A DNA stretch of 61,758 bases, filler included, from Ionaspis alba (lineage: Eukaryota): NCBI GenBank assembly GCA_964255285.1. It is 10 parts of 10 records of this genome, joined end to end, with 100 filler letters (N's around TTAATTAATTAA, not from the genome) between each part and the next. Parts side by side here need not be neighbours in the genome. Positions count along the whole stretch, not along the records: positions 18,627 to 24,716 come from CAXUUL010000950.1; positions 24,817 to 30,902 come from CAXUUL010000951.1; positions 31,003 to 37,085 come from CAXUUL010000952.1; 7 more parts are not named here. One strand, written 5' to 3'. How positions within the stretch are numbered: the first letter of the stretch is position 1; every line of letters begins with the position of its first letter. The notes under the pieces are model-generated. The model searched no databases. It was given only the letters and a program-made list of their open reading frames with translations, and had not been told where the DNA came from. The position numbers and the translations under genes were made by a program. Below, piece by piece: positions 23,725 through 37,185 of the stretch.

Positions 23725-24816
23725 ATGTCTTGTATCAAATAGATTGAAAGCTTTCGTAGCATGAACACAGTTATACAAAACAGTACTTTAGCACAAATGA
23801 GATATCGACAGATTCACTGAAGCTTGTCGATTGTGATAACCTGTAGCTATACAAAGAAAAATTCCCCCAGCGCCTGAGCAGTACAGTTTCCCAGAACTCC
23901 CAACCCGTTCTAGCACTGTGATTCTGAGACTGCATTGCTTAGTTTAGGCGTGCTATATTTCAAATACGTCCGACGTAGGGGATAGGGGCTCAGGAGAGTC
24001 ACATGACCACACTAGTGGCTTAGTACAACACACTTTCGCTTACACTTATAGTCAACCATCTAGTTTTACCGCACATCATATCTACCATAATGCTAGTCTC
24101 TGGACCTTTGCTCATTCTTGCTAGACTCTGTCTCGGATTTAACTTTGCCGCTATTTTCCAGTGGCTCATTGCTGTCCCAACTGTTCTGGACCTGGTCTAC
24201 GGTTTGACTGTCCAATAAGCTGATGCAGGTCGGTATATGGTAACCTCGTGTACGGTTCTGGTTGAGCAGATCTCCTGGCGAACGGTCTCAAGCAGCTCTA
24301 ATATAGAATTTTATTGTAACGGCCAATTTCGAAGCTCCTGCCATCAACTCATAGGCAATGATGTACCGGAAATACCTGAATCAAGACAGGAAACTCGTAA
24401 TATATGTGGTAAATCGGAAATTGATATTTATATATTCCTACGCTATCTAGGCGTTCTAGATCACCAATGCTGCAGGAAGCTGACAAACCAGGAGCCCCTC
24501 TTGGCATGACTTGCCTATTACTATAAACCAATTCCGCCGACTCCGCGTAAATCTTGCGCACCTTCCAAACGCTCTACATTTGGCGGAGACTACCTTCACC
24601 TTAATTAGTTCAAACCACAGCGTCCGTAAGCCCTGTACTATCATCTGCTCAATGCTTGCCCTCCACCTTCCTCATACTCCCACCTCACCCCCTTCCTCCA
24701 CCCCTCCATCCACTACNNNNNNNNNNNNNNNNNNNNNNNNNNNNNNNNNNNNNNNNNNNNTTAATTAATTAANNNNNNNNNNNNNNNNNNNNNNNNNNNN
24801 NNNNNNNNNNNNNNNN

Positions 24817-25206
24817 CGCACCGCCTTCCGTCCCACCTCCGGCCAAACTCCGTACGCCAAGCGCGCCGCCCTCACAGCAAGCATAAACGCAACAAAAGCA
24901 AAAGAGAAGGAAATGAAAGACGAGAAAGAAGAGGAACGGACAGTACGCTCCCATTCCCTCTCCCCCTTGCCAAACCTCTCCTCTAGCCCCCTTCAGAATT
25001 ATCAATTGCAGGGACTCTGCGTCGTGGTCAGGGAGCTAGCGTGCTGATGCCCGTTCTATGCATAGAAACGGATCCAAGCAATCAAAGATAAGCGCGCCGC
25101 TAAAGAGGAGAAAGAGAGGTTTGAGAAGATGGCGGAGAAGATGCATAGGAAGAGGGTTGAGAGGGTAAGGAGGAGGGAGAAGAGGAATAAGTTGTTGAAG
25201 AGTTGA
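24817..25206 (+). CDS. cgr1: rRNA-processing protein Cgr1, 5'-truncated
   Basis: Not in the ORF track. Read manually: [14 protein letters not shown]...[16 protein letters not shown], intron 24943-25065, then [46 protein letters not shown]. Confidence 0.9.
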
Positions 25207-26329
25207 GACATTGATTGATTGGGTGATGAATGTGATGGGACAGGCTCGGAAGAATGCAAGATAGAGCATGCGACTGGGATGTGGGCTATGGAAGCGAGAT
25301 AGAGGAGAGGATGAGGTGAGTGACAGGGCAGGAGGAGTAAAGAAGGGGTGGAAAGAGTGGCAGAGGATGCATGAACGAAGGCGTAAAGGTGCATCTTCTT
25401 CTTTTGATAACCATTGGCTGAGGGAAAGGCCAACGACTCTGCACCTCCTGTTCCAAGAGAAAAAAACGTTGCTAAGGCTGCAATGGCTTGCATCTACGTG
25501 CAGACAACACCTGCACACCACCGGAGGTAGCTCCGGCCCAAACCAAAGCCCCTCACTGGCAATCACGCCATACAACCCCCGAGCAAGCCGGCTGATCTGC
25601 GGGTTGACTGTGCAGGACCCAAGCAAAACCCCCATTCAGATACTCAAGTTCACCGTACTCGGCGACACCCAGATTCCTATTGATAATGGCATTCGATGGG
25701 ACCGATAAGAGAAAGAAATTCATACATTTCCAGAACCGATATCTACACCATTCTTTTGCCCTACTCCTTTGTTTGATATCACCATCCGCCCATTACGCCC
25801 TCCTCAATGCCATGAATTCCCCAATCCACTCTGAATCTCAGCTCTCGACGAACAACGGTTCCATCGAGCAGGGTCTGCAATATGTCTGCATTTATCCCAC
25901 ACCTTATATAAAAGTCCCCTTCATGCCCCCAAAGCCACTTCCTGTGCTATGTAGCTCGCTCTCTGCCCTAAGCCTCTAGCACATGTAGAGATCACCTCCA
26001 AGACCCCGCAGCCGTAGCCTGGCTCATCTTAAAGCAATCCCCCTCTGAATAGACCTCAGGAAGCAGATCTATGAACAAACCCCTTGATATCCATAGAATC
26101 GGAGAAGAAGAAAAAAATCAACCCGATCCCCCACGCCCCCATGTAAGCCGTGAGGCACCTTTTGCTTTTCTTGATCGAGGAAACATAAATAAACGCCGTC
26201 GTTGAAAACGATCAAAGAGCCGTGACACGNNNNNNNNNNNNNNNNNNNNNNNNNNNNNNNNNNNNNNNNNNNNNNNNNNNNNNNNNNNNNNNNNNNNNNN
26301 NNNNNNNNNNNNNNNNNNNNNNNNNNNNN

Positions 26330-28077
26330 GCCGCCACCACATCGTCCTCATCCTCCTCATACGGCATGAACATCCCCGACGGCGTTCTCCGCAACCCTCT
26401 CTCTTCCATTTCATCGTCGTCGTAATCTTGAGTCGTCGTCGTCGTCGTCGTCGTCAAGGAATCGCTCATCCGCGACTGGTGGATGAAAATGCTATCTCTC
26501 CTCCCTGTCGAAGAGGAAGACGATGATGAAGGCTGCCAGCTGAGATCGGCGTCGTCGTCTTCGTCGTCGAGGAGGAAGTTGCTGGACGGTTTGGACGGCT
26601 TGATCGTTTCCTGCGAGGGGGAGGTCACAAGACGGGCAGCTGCGTTCCACAGCCCTCCCCGTTTCGGGGACTGATCGGGAGGTTCGGGAGTATCGCCTCT
26701 GTACTTGAGAGTGGTGGATGGCAACATAGCGATGGTTTTGCTGTCCGAGCTGAAGCTCGAGCGGGGGGTGTTGCGGTTGCTGAGCTTACGCTCTTTGCCG
26801 TGGACGGCTTTCATCATGATGATGCCGTCGTCGGAGGAGGAGTCGGAGTCGTCTTGGATGGCGGAGGAGTCGTCTTCGTGGTCGTCGGGGTCTTTGTTGA
26901 TGGCTATGCATTGCTCCACTTTGTCGTTGAAGTGGATGTGTCGTCTTTCGCTCGGGGTTTGCACCCCCGAGGAGGAGGACGAGGGCAGGGCTGAGGAGAG
27001 GCCCGTCGCGCCGTCGCTGGGGGTTAGGGGGCTGGAGGCGGCGGGGAAGTCGGAATAGGTGCGGCTTTCGAGGACGGGGCGGATGCGCAGGCCTTGGGTG
27101 GGTCCTTGGGCTCGGAGGGCGTCGGTGGCTTGTTTCATGAGGGTTGAGGAGGAGAGGGAGCGTTGGAGCATGATTTCTGAGAGGCTGCGTTTTTTGAGGA
27201 TGGGTTTCTTGGTGACGAAGGAGTTGGTTCGCGAGAGCTGACTCGCGGGTGGAGAGGAATCTGAGTCGAAGTGTCTGGTGTTTCCTGTTTGGAGGGGCCC
27301 GTACAGCCAAGTGACATCGTGATCTTTCATCCTGTTTTGTGGGGTCAGTGAATGGTTCAAATCAAGAGTCAGGTATCGATCTCACCAGTTCAGAGTCTCC
27401 GGTGAAACAGTTTTCAACCGGTACTTTGACTTGGTCCACGATCTCCAAGACGCGTTTTCAAGACGTGAACTGTTGCTGTACACATTTCGTTTTGCAACAA
27501 TGTGTCTCCACGAAGACCATATATCCTCTTCTCTCCAATTGTGTGAAAGGTAGTCCACATGCCTCGACGGTTCTCTTCTGATTGCTGTGTCGTCCCCACC
27601 CAATGGCTGAGTATCGGGTGGCTCAATGGCTAGGGGTTTGGACGCCGTTGTGGGACTCGTATTTATGTTGACTGGTTCCTCGTCTGATGGTGCAGTATCG
27701 GGCGTAGGAGGAGGATTGGGTAGATCAGCAGGAGTGTGACTGTCGTCGTACGATGGGAATATTATGTCGTCTTCGTTTTCCTCGTTTTCCGAGCATTCGT
27801 CCAGTGACAAGCTACTCGAGGGTGTTGAGGTGTAGGATGGCTGATTGGAGAAGTCTGGATGGCTGAATCGTGGAGAGGAAGGTGCAGAGGAGGGTACTGA
27901 GGCTGGGAGTCTGATGTCGTATCCGATGTGAGAATAGGCCGACGACCTGACATTCGGTGTTGATCTCGAGTATGAATTTTGATTGAGGAAGGATGTTGAG
28001 GAGGCGGATCGTCGTAGGCCATTGCTTGAGCCAAAAGAACCCTCAGGTTGTGTAGAAATCGTGAGCACCTCTGTCAT
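26330..28077 (-). CDS. reg1: Protein phosphatase 1 regulatory subunit Reg1/Hex2; extreme C-terminus in N gap
   Basis: RHVDYLSHNWREEDIWSSWR, RLENASWRSW, VSPETLNW|MKDHDVTWLYGPL, KPILKKRSLSEIML, PP1-docking RHIHFNDKVEQCIA, GLRRTPSGMFMPYEE. Confidence 0.92.
26431..26455 (+). repeat. (GTC)n trinucleotide microsatellite encoding a poly-Thr tract in Reg1
   Basis: gtcgtcgtcgtcgtcgtcgtcgtc; SLTTTTTTTTQD in the translation. Confidence 0.85.
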
Positions 28078-31002
28078 GGTAGGCGTAGTGAATGTAGACG
28101 GGATTCAAAGAAGTCAATGGGAGGTTTCCAGCACACTTCCTGCAAATGGGTAGAATCCTGTCTTCCTCCTCTTTTCCTCCTCCTTCTCCTTGCCGTCCAG
28201 AACAGAGAGTGAAAGCCTGGGATTGGAGGGAACTGGACGGCAAAACCATTCGACTTGGGGCCACGGACTGAAGTGAGAGTAGTAGCGGTGGAAGATCGTC
28301 GGTAGAGTAGTGATTGAGGCAAGGTTTTTTGGTGGTATGGGCGGTGGAAGCTCTTTAATATCCTAGCGTGGGAAAAAGTTGCCCAGACTGCGGGGGACTA
28401 CGGAGACTATGCCTGATTGTTCTTTTGACACAGTGAAAGCAAGAGGACCGTGGCTGGAAGTTTAGTTGGTGCTTCCAGTTGTGGAGAAGGACGGGATGAG
28501 GTGCAACATAGTTTTTTGGTTGCTTGGTTCTAGGAAGCTGGCGGAGGGGGGTGGTCAGAAAGTATGTGTTGTTTCTAAGGTTGACTGGGAAGTAGGGAGA
28601 AAGTGGGAAATTATTTGAGAAGAATAGCAGGAAAGTAGGAAGTAGAGGCGGCTCGAGAGGGTACATCCGCCATCCTGCCTCTAATATGTTCTACGGGGGC
28701 CTCGGGATCGCAGGCCTTATCAAAGTTGTGGGGAAGAAAACCTCCACACACGTCAAAAATCTTAGGTGTGAAGAGGCAACCCCGGCGAGAGTTGCTCAGA
28801 ATGGGCAACAACATTCAATTCACTGTCCTTCGTCACACAACAGGAGACTCTTGTTCTCTCCTTCACAATTCAATGGTACGACCCAATACCATCGTTTATC
28901 GACGTGTGGCATATGTCATGTACAAGTACCATCAGAGCGGATGGCGACTCGAGGATCGAAGCCAAGATCAAGGCACGCAAGGTTGATTGTTGTTGATAGC
29001 TGCATGCGCGTACGAGGTTGGAAGTCTTAGAGAAAGAGTCCTCCGCTTTCTTTTGCCAATAATTGCCTGTATATGTAGAGTACGTGCAGGTAGCCGTTCA
29101 AGCTTCCAATGGAGCGTGCCGGGAGAACATGATTCGATAACGCGAATTGGCCTACGGCAAGCAATACAGAGTACGAGGTTGCCCTTTCATTCTATCGCTT
29201 CTTTCAATAATAAGAAAGGAGCGATCCTTTGATCGAGAAATCGAGAAAATTAACATCGCTCTATGTAACTACTCCCAAGCCCGCCTGGTTCCCTACAAGT
29301 GTCGCCTTCCCTGTGCTTTCTTTGGCGTATCACTCGTGGGCTGCTCGTCCCGAACCCAAGGCCCCTGCTCCCTGACGAGTTTTGGAGCCCCGGGGGGAAG
29401 AGGAGGGTGGAGAACGCGTAGGTGGAGAACAGGGGCAACAAAGGGGCCCGCCCGCCCTTAAACTACTCTCACGATTTTCTTGCGTGATTCTGATCGAATG
29501 GGCCGTCATCCCTATTCCATTCGTCAATGAAGCGGTGAAATGCTACACATACGAAGAAGTTCCGTCTCTGGTAGGCTGCAATATACGGGAAGAGCAAAGC
29601 CACTACTCCTGCTGGCACTGAAGTCTAGAAGCTAGGAGAATTTCTCAACCTCATAATCCCAACATTCATCTGGTTAGGCCTGGTTGATCCAAAACCTAAG
29701 GAGTAGCAGCGCAAACGCCGTCTTTGGTGCTATCCACCAAAGTCCGCTGGCATCATCCGCCCTTGAAATTCTTCCGCCCTGCCACGATCGTGCCACACGG
29801 CAGATCATTGGCCTGTTCCTCTTGACCAAGCGCTCCGTCGGTTTCGGAGCCATATGCAGCCTGCATGGCAATGATAAGAGCTGCCTCGGATGATCGGCCA
29901 CCACGAGCAATGAACAATGGCTCTTTCAACCATCCCAGCAATCGATCCGGCTTTGCAATCGTGATGGTTTGCATATGTGGGTACACTTGCTCTTGGTGCC
30001 TGCGGCTAGAGAAACGTTGGAGGCACTGATGGCTGAACGTTTATCAGCCTGGGCATGCAGGGCGCCTTTATTTCTTTTTTTTTGGCCAGCCTCGACGAAG
30101 AGTGGGGAGTGTGGTGGGGCTGTATGTGCGTATGCATGAAATCGGAACGATTTATATTAACCTCAGATACGGGCATACTTCGCACTTATAATGCCTGAGC
30201 TGAACGACGTGCTCAAGAATAGCATCTGTTCTCAATCGAACTCCAATTCACGAATCACGGGTGACGGGTTGAATATTCCCCACAAAGAGATCTTCCCGGA
30301 GATAAGCACAAGCATCTCCTGAGCGGATGCCACGGATAGTTCAAGAACAAGCAACCAAAGTCAATTCCCTTCTCTATCACAAGTGAAATCCCTCGAATCC
30401 AAAACAACACCGTCCTTCTTGGCCGACAAGCGCACAGACCGGACAGGGGGAAGCCACTGCATGAATTTCTGTGGCGTAAGAAAGGTTGCGGTTGGGATGA
30501 TGGAAGAAGAATGCTTACAAGCGCCATGCGGTTGCACAATCACCATGAAAAAAACCTCACCATCACTACCTGGGCTTCGCGTGAGGATGCCTTATCAGTA
30601 TAAGCCGCTCTTGGAGATTCCACGGGATGATGTTTAGTCGTTCGAATGGTGCCATGGTTATCTCTATCCAAGGATCACTTCCCTTGGACCCCAAACACAT
30701 TCAGAACTCTAATCTCTTTATCTCTGGTGAAGAAGTCAGTCCGCGAAGAAACTTCATGCACGAACAGAATACAGCCATTGATTACCGATAGCGATACCAG
30801 AATCGATATGCCTTGCAGCGCAGCAGTTTCGTTGAAGATCAAAGACTGATCGAAAGAAAATCCTCCATTCCAGCACATGCACATGCATTCTGGCACAAGA
30901 AANNNNNNNNNNNNNNNNNNNNNNNNNNNNNNNNNNNNNNNNNNNNTTAATTAATTAANNNNNNNNNNNNNNNNNNNNNNNNNNNNNNNNNNNNNNNNNN
31001 NN

Positions 31003-32055
31003 CTCCCTCCCCCTCAAATCCTCCAACAACCCCACCTGCGCCTCAAAATCCGGCTCAAAGAAAAACGGTACACTAACCCTCATCCCCGGCCCCCGGTGCA
31101 CAACCCTATGCCTCGTACTCCTCCACAATCCACCCGTCCAGCGCTCCATCATATCCCCGATATTGACCACAAAAGCCCCTGGTATCGGGTCCGCGTTAAG
31201 CCAGATGTCTGGGTCGGGACGCGATTGTACTTGCAGGGCTCCCGGCGTGGGGTCAGCGAGGAGGAGGGTTAGACAGCCGTAGTCTGTGTGGGCGCCGCAG
31301 GAGATGGCTTCGTCGTTGGTGAAGGAGTCACCGTTGGCGGTGGTGGCGGTTGATGAAGAGGGGAGAGGAGGATAGCCGATCGCGCGCATGACCCAGAAGC
31401 TTTCGCGGGTTGCGGCGACGAAGGTTTCGGGGTCGGAGAGATTGAGCGCGTGGCCCATGGCGCGGACGACGGCTGTACCGAGGCTGAGCATGTGTGTTAT
31501 GTAGACTTCGTAGACAGCTTTGAAGGCGGTGGGGTGGGAGGGCCAGAGGTTTATGCCGTGGAGGATGGGGAATGGCGGGGAGCGCGACGGTGGGGGTTTG
31601 GTTGTGCCGTTGGTGAGTCCATTGGGCTTCCGTGGTTCTTGCACTGTAGCAGGTGCTGGTTTCGAGGATTGGAAATCACTGTCTAGAAGCCCCTCTCCAT
31701 CGACGATAGGCCGGTACCAGTCAATGGCTTCGTGCCAATCCCGCTTGCCCTGTGTCACGTTATCGCCGACGACTTGGTAGCCACGAGCGCCGTCGCCTTG
31801 GTCTTTGCCTGCATCTTTGCGGGCGATGAGCGCTTTCTGTGAAGGTGGGCAGTTGGCGAAGAAATCGCGGGCGAGGGAAAGGACGTGGTCGGTTAGAGCT
31901 TGGGGGACGTTGTGATTTGTGAGGTAGAAGAAACCGTGGTTGATGCAGGCGGAGGAGAGCGAGTCGGTGCAGGTTTTGAGGGCGGTAGGAGAAGAGGAAG
32001 TAGTTAGGAAGGGGGAGATGTCGATTAGGGGGAGGTTTGGAGTTGTAGCTGACAT
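31003..32055 (-). CDS. 2-oxoglutarate/Fe(II)-dependent dioxygenase (IPNS-like, DIOX_N + 2OG-FeII_Oxy), 3' end truncated
   Basis: LPLIDISPF, GFFYLTNH, ARGYQ..DWHEAID, HTDYGCLTLL, VVNIGDMMERWTGG..STRHRV, RVSVPFFFEP. Confidence 0.92.
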
Positions 32056-32319
32056 GGCTGATAGATAGGGTGGTAGTGAGGCTTGGGGAGGGGAGAATAA
32101 GCGAGATATACAATCCGCTACGGACTAGGGCAAGATACAACTATCTTTTGATTATCTAACCAAACTTGCGGCACAAGCAAGGAGTACTTTCAGTTTTTAC
32201 GGCCAGAGATTATCGTAGCAATTCAATCCCCAGGATGCCTCCGTCTATCGCTTTTGGAGATTCAGACTCGCTAAATGCACAACGACCAAAGTTGAGGACA
32301 GCCAATGCCAATGACAACT

Positions 32320-33805
32320 CTACATGATGACCTCATTCGCAACGTCCTTGAAACTGGTCAGTAAAACAGAAACCGGCATACAGTAGGGTCGAGCTTACCC
32401 GCTTCAGTTCCTTATTCGGCAGACAAACACAATTCTGGACACGAACTTCGTCTCCAACACCACAATCCTTACCAAGAATCGTGATACTCTGCACTTTGAC
32501 ACCGTTCTTGACGATGGTAGTCGTGTGGCTGCTAACAGGTGTTGGCGTACCCTCAACTCTTGCCCAAGCACCAACGCGACCACCCCAGCCAATGATCGAG
32601 TACAGAATACACGCATCATGCCTGATTTCCACATCTTCCAGAACAACAGATTCTTTGATACGAACGCCGGCACCGATGATCGCTCGAGGTCCTATGGAGA
32701 CATTGGGCCCTAGCTTCGCTGTTGGGTCGACTTGAGCTGTAGGGTGAATGAACACGGGTGGGAGAATATTGGCGGACGGAGCTGCTAGCTCATCGGACTG
32801 GGACTGGAAAGCCTTCTGTAGATACAAAGCATTTGCTGGAACTGCTGATCCTGCAGTCTTGATTTGGCGCCAGAAATCCTTGGTTTCGTGAACGAAGAAT
32901 TGTCTGCTATCTGCCAAGTCCGAAAGGATGTCTTGCTCCAATCGTAGCACTTCGTTCTGCTCACCGTCTTCTAGTTGATTGGCGTTTGCGAAGAAAGAGG
33001 ACTCAAGATTTTCGGATGAAGGATATGAAACGAGACGTGGTCTGTCAATGCGACGCTTGATGGCTGACTTGATAGAGGGGAAGATTGTCTCTGTTGAAAA
33101 CAGGTATACACCACAATTGATGAGGTTTGAGATGTGGGACTCTGGTTTTTCGACGTAGTGCAGAACCCGTTTGGTATGTGGGTCAGAGACGATGCACCCG
33201 AAATTTGTTGCAGCCTCGTTGCTCACTCTAGTACCAAGAATGACGGCCTCTGCATCCTTCTCCTCGAATAGTTTTAACATGTCGTTGAGAGGGAACGAAC
33301 AGCATACATCGGCGTTGAGTACGAAGAAACGTTCGGGGCCACCCTTAAGGATTGCATCACGAAAATGGTAAAGTCCCCCTGCAGTGCCCAATGCTTGGTA
33401 TTCTCGGAGGTACTGAATACGGATTTGTGGAAGCTCTTTTGCCGAATCTTTGATGAAATCTCGGAATACGGTCTCGTCGTAGTATCCGACTAGAATGACT
33501 TCTCGAATATCTGGCACCTTCGCAACGGCTTGCAGACAGTGCCAGATAATTGGGTGGCCAGCGACGTCGAAAAGTGGCTGTTAAGGTCAGATTTCTGCGG
33601 TGAGCTCGACTAACAAAGGCTATGTCTGACCTTAGGAACATCCAAAGATAAAGGCCTGAATCTGGTTCCTCTCGAAGGTCCGCCTACCTGTACAATGTAT
33701 CAGCTGAGGGAAATATACAGTCTCCTGTGTGTAGTAGCTCACCAGGATCACAGCCTTTGTGGGCTTGGTCGCTTCCTTCTTTCCTCGCATCGGAACTTGA
33801 AGCAT
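32320..33805 (-). CDS. Mannose-1-phosphate guanylyltransferase, GMPPA (alpha)-like subunit
   Basis: [33 protein letters not shown] over short exons, LGTAGGLYHFRD, HYVEKPE, FWRQIKTAGSA, hexapeptide repeats, ends DVANEVIM*. Confidence 0.93.
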
Positions 33806-34378
33806 CCTGAATTCTGGATATCAATTAAGAGACAATGGTTAGGAAAGAGGGACTTTATGTGAGCAGTATGAAGAACTGTACGAGAGTTCGAGGTCGGATT
33901 AAAAGGCGGAACAACAGCTCACCGCAGCTTCCAATAAAGTTTGCGGTGCCTTGCAGATCAGCCGACATTTGCTAGGATCATTAGCGGCGGACGAGGAAGA
34001 ACCATGTGCCGGCATGTTTTTGGCCGAGAGGATGTTGAAAAGTTCCTGCCGGAGAAGACGTCGTTGGTAACGAGTAGCAGCAAAATTGCCAGCGGCGTAG
34101 TTTCTCTTCTCGATATTGATTTTCTATGGTTACCGCTCGTCGTTCTAATTTGCAAGAATATTCATCGGTGTCTTTTGGTAATTAAAGCTGGTTCCGAGTG
34201 AGCATTAGGACCTTGCAAACCGAATATATTGTAGCTTTCGAAGTTGAACCCTGCTACGAATACTTGTACTTGTCCGAAGCACTTTTAAACTTGACGTATC
34301 CGGCAACGCGATATATGGGGTGTCTGAAACACAGATAAGGATACAGGATACGTCAAAAATACCGAGTGTTGCTGAAAA

Positions 34379-37085
34379 ATGTCCGCAATGGCGCCTATGG
34401 TGGAGCGGGAACAAAGGAGAGACGTCAAAGCTGCCAGAGTCAACATCCAGCTGGTTCTTACCATGACGGAAGGAATGTTTAGGCATCGCAGAACCTTGAA
34501 TGACAGCTCTTGGGAGAAAGCGTTAGATTCAGGGAAAAAGATCTTGAAGAAGAGCCAAGCAGAACCCGAGACCAGGTATGCGGACGTCAATTATCGATTA
34601 CCAGCCAACAGCCTGATTGTCTCTACAGATCATTACTCGGCAGCTCCCCGAATGTGTGGCGGGACTTTACCTCGTGTTTCGGACAGGCCCTACCCGTATT
34701 GGAGCAACAGTCCTTCGTCTCTACTGATCCAGCAAATCCAGAATTTGGCGCCTCGAATTCTGCTCTGATGGCTCTCAACCACCTGACTTTGATGAAGGAC
34801 CTGGAAAGGTTGACCGACCTGTTGACCATTGCAAGAAACATGCTTGCAACGACCCTACTAGCTCAGAATCTCGCAGCAGAGGCATCATTTGATCAGCAGG
34901 TTCTCCGCTTAATCGATATCTGTGTGCGGGTTACAGCTCGAGGTTATGATGGAGAAGCGGGAGGCAGAGCAGAGGCCCAGTGTTCAAACATAATTGAATC
35001 ATGTAAGTTGCAAATGCGACCAAGCAGTTGAATCTACCGGAGTAGCGGAGTGACAAGTCTGATTCTTCTCATATAAACAGATAAAAAGCTTCTCATTACA
35101 TGCCTTCAATTCCTACATAATCTCGTGATGCACAATGAGCATCGCAAGCTCCTTCTATGGCTCGACTTGTTCGGAAATTCCAGGACTTCAGACCCCTCGT
35201 CTGTACACAAGCCTTCCTCGCTCGGCAATGCTGCAGCGGAACAAGTCTCCGCAAACCAATTGAGTTCAACTCAGGATGCTGATGGCAGTCGTGTCTTTAC
35301 GCCTAATCTAGATGAACTAAACATGGCTCTGACCGCTTTGAGTGGCGCTGATCGTGCTAATGGAACTTTCTCTCCTGGGGAAGCCGATCGTCTTGCGTCC
35401 GAGGTGATGAAAACTGTGGACAAATTTGCAAGTCTGAGCACCACGCCGAGCTCCATCAAACAGTCTCAGCAGTATAAAACGTTACTGATGGAAAGCCAAG
35501 CTACGAATGACGCTCTACCGAAGGAACCTCAAACGCAGAAATGGAACTTGAGTGATTTTCCCAAATCATTCATGGGCAAAGTCTTGGACAAGGAGATTTC
35601 GGAATACGATACCCAGATGACACGCACCCCTGAATCAGCTGCAGCTACTTTGAGGGACGCAAAGCACCAGTTGATGTCCCGACTACAGGATAATGCTCTG
35701 TTACCGCCAGAAAATGAAGAGCAACTTGCAGATCAGTATGCTACTCAAGGCTCTGAAATGGCTGCTGATATAGCTGCTGGTCTGGCTGTCGAGGGGAATG
35801 TTGAAGACGACGACGAAGAAGAAGAAGAAGACGAAGATGAATATCAGGTCTCTGGTGATCAGGAGCGTGGACTGCTGACCGACATTCCTCTCGTTCTCGG
35901 ACCCCAAGAGATCGAAGCTTTGCCGATGATCATACAAGCTGGGATACTGAATACCAATGTTAAGTCTAGCACTACCGTGAACGCAGACGAGATTAGAAAC
36001 ATGCAAGCTGTACGATGCAATATCATGCTGGCACAAGAGGCGGGACGTAACCTGCTACGCGAGCTTCTCATCTTCATTGCTGCATGGGATTTGCAAGACG
36101 ACGAGTTCTATTTCAAGCTCATGATGAACATCATGGAAGCCATTCTTCAGAATGGCCTGATGCCTTTCGCTTATCAGACATTCGGAGAAATCAAGGACAT
36201 CGTGTCTCCTGCACAGTCAATCGTCATCAAGATTCTCACGCAAATCTTCAGAAAGAAGCAAGGTCTGCCCTCCACTACTGGTGCTCCGCCTCCACCACAA
36301 TCCATCTCTCACAGCGACTCACCGAGTCGTGTTGATCTCCTCGTTGTACGTTACATCTTCACGGTATTTCGTCAGTCCATCATCCCAGAGACTTGTGCTT
36401 TGATCTACCTGCAAGGTCAGATCCGCATCGGAGTGGCACTTCCCGAAGACTTTCCCCTCAATTTATGGGACATGGAACGCGTATACGAAGGCGTCTACCA
36501 ATTTCTTGAGTTCTTTGCCGTTCTGACCGAAAGCGAAGCCTGGAAAGACCTCCTCGTGATGTGGGAAATCGTCAGCGAACTTGTTACGCTGCTACGAGAA
36601 CTCGACGCGAGCATTCCGAAGGCACCCTTGAGAGCTATGGCTCAGACTACTGCTGAGGCTGAGGCTGAGGCAGCTGCAGCAACTAGTGGTGGAGAGGCTC
36701 GCCAAGATCCTACTCCCGTACCTGTTACGGTCGAGCGTCCTTATGACCCTGTTGCCGCAGACAATACCTTGACTGGTGACTGGGCGGTCGATGCATCAGC
36801 GCCCGAGTCTCCAACTCAAGGTCTAGACAGTCAAGATCCCTCCGACTTCGAATGGCGCAACCTCAAGAAACTCGTCGTTCTCGTCCTTTCCTCGCTGGTA
36901 TGGAAGTCACCAGAAGTACAAGACCAGATCCGTCGATACGGTGGAGTGGAAATGGTTCTCAGCTGCTGCAATTTCGATGCCAATAATCCGTATATTCGGG
37001 AACATGCTATCATGTGCTTGAGGTTCCTGCTGGAGAATTGTCCGGAGAATCAGCAGATTGTAGAGCAGTTGGAAGCGAGGAGGGT
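34379..37085 (+). CDS. ctr86: Ataxin-10/Ctr86 family ARM protein, 3'-truncated
   Basis: Introns near 34576-34628 and 35002-35080. GLLTDIPLVLGP, FPLNLWDMERVYEGVYQ, and ataxin-10 domain QDQIRRYGGVEMVLSCCNFDANNPYIREHAIMCLRFLLENCPENQ. Confidence 0.88.
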
Positions 37086-37185
37086 NNNNNNNNNNNNNNN
37101 NNNNNNNNNNNNNNNNNNNNNNNNNNNNNTTAATTAATTAANNNNNNNNNNNNNNNNNNNNNNNNNNNNNNNNNNNNNNNNNNNN

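Noticed and set aside
23725..24716. Possible degenerate transposon downstream of the P450
   Set aside because: No terminal repeats, target-site duplication or transposase/RT remnants were recognisable.
18627..32055. Larger biosynthetic cluster combining the P450s with pcs60 or the 2OG dioxygenase
   Set aside because: Separated by linkers. pcs60 and the dioxygenase each sit beside housekeeping genes.
34379..35137. Apparent frameshifts in ctr86 (likewise GH125, ddb1 and the 57202 gene)
   Set aside because: Each frame change is explained by a short canonical GT-AG intron with a branch site.
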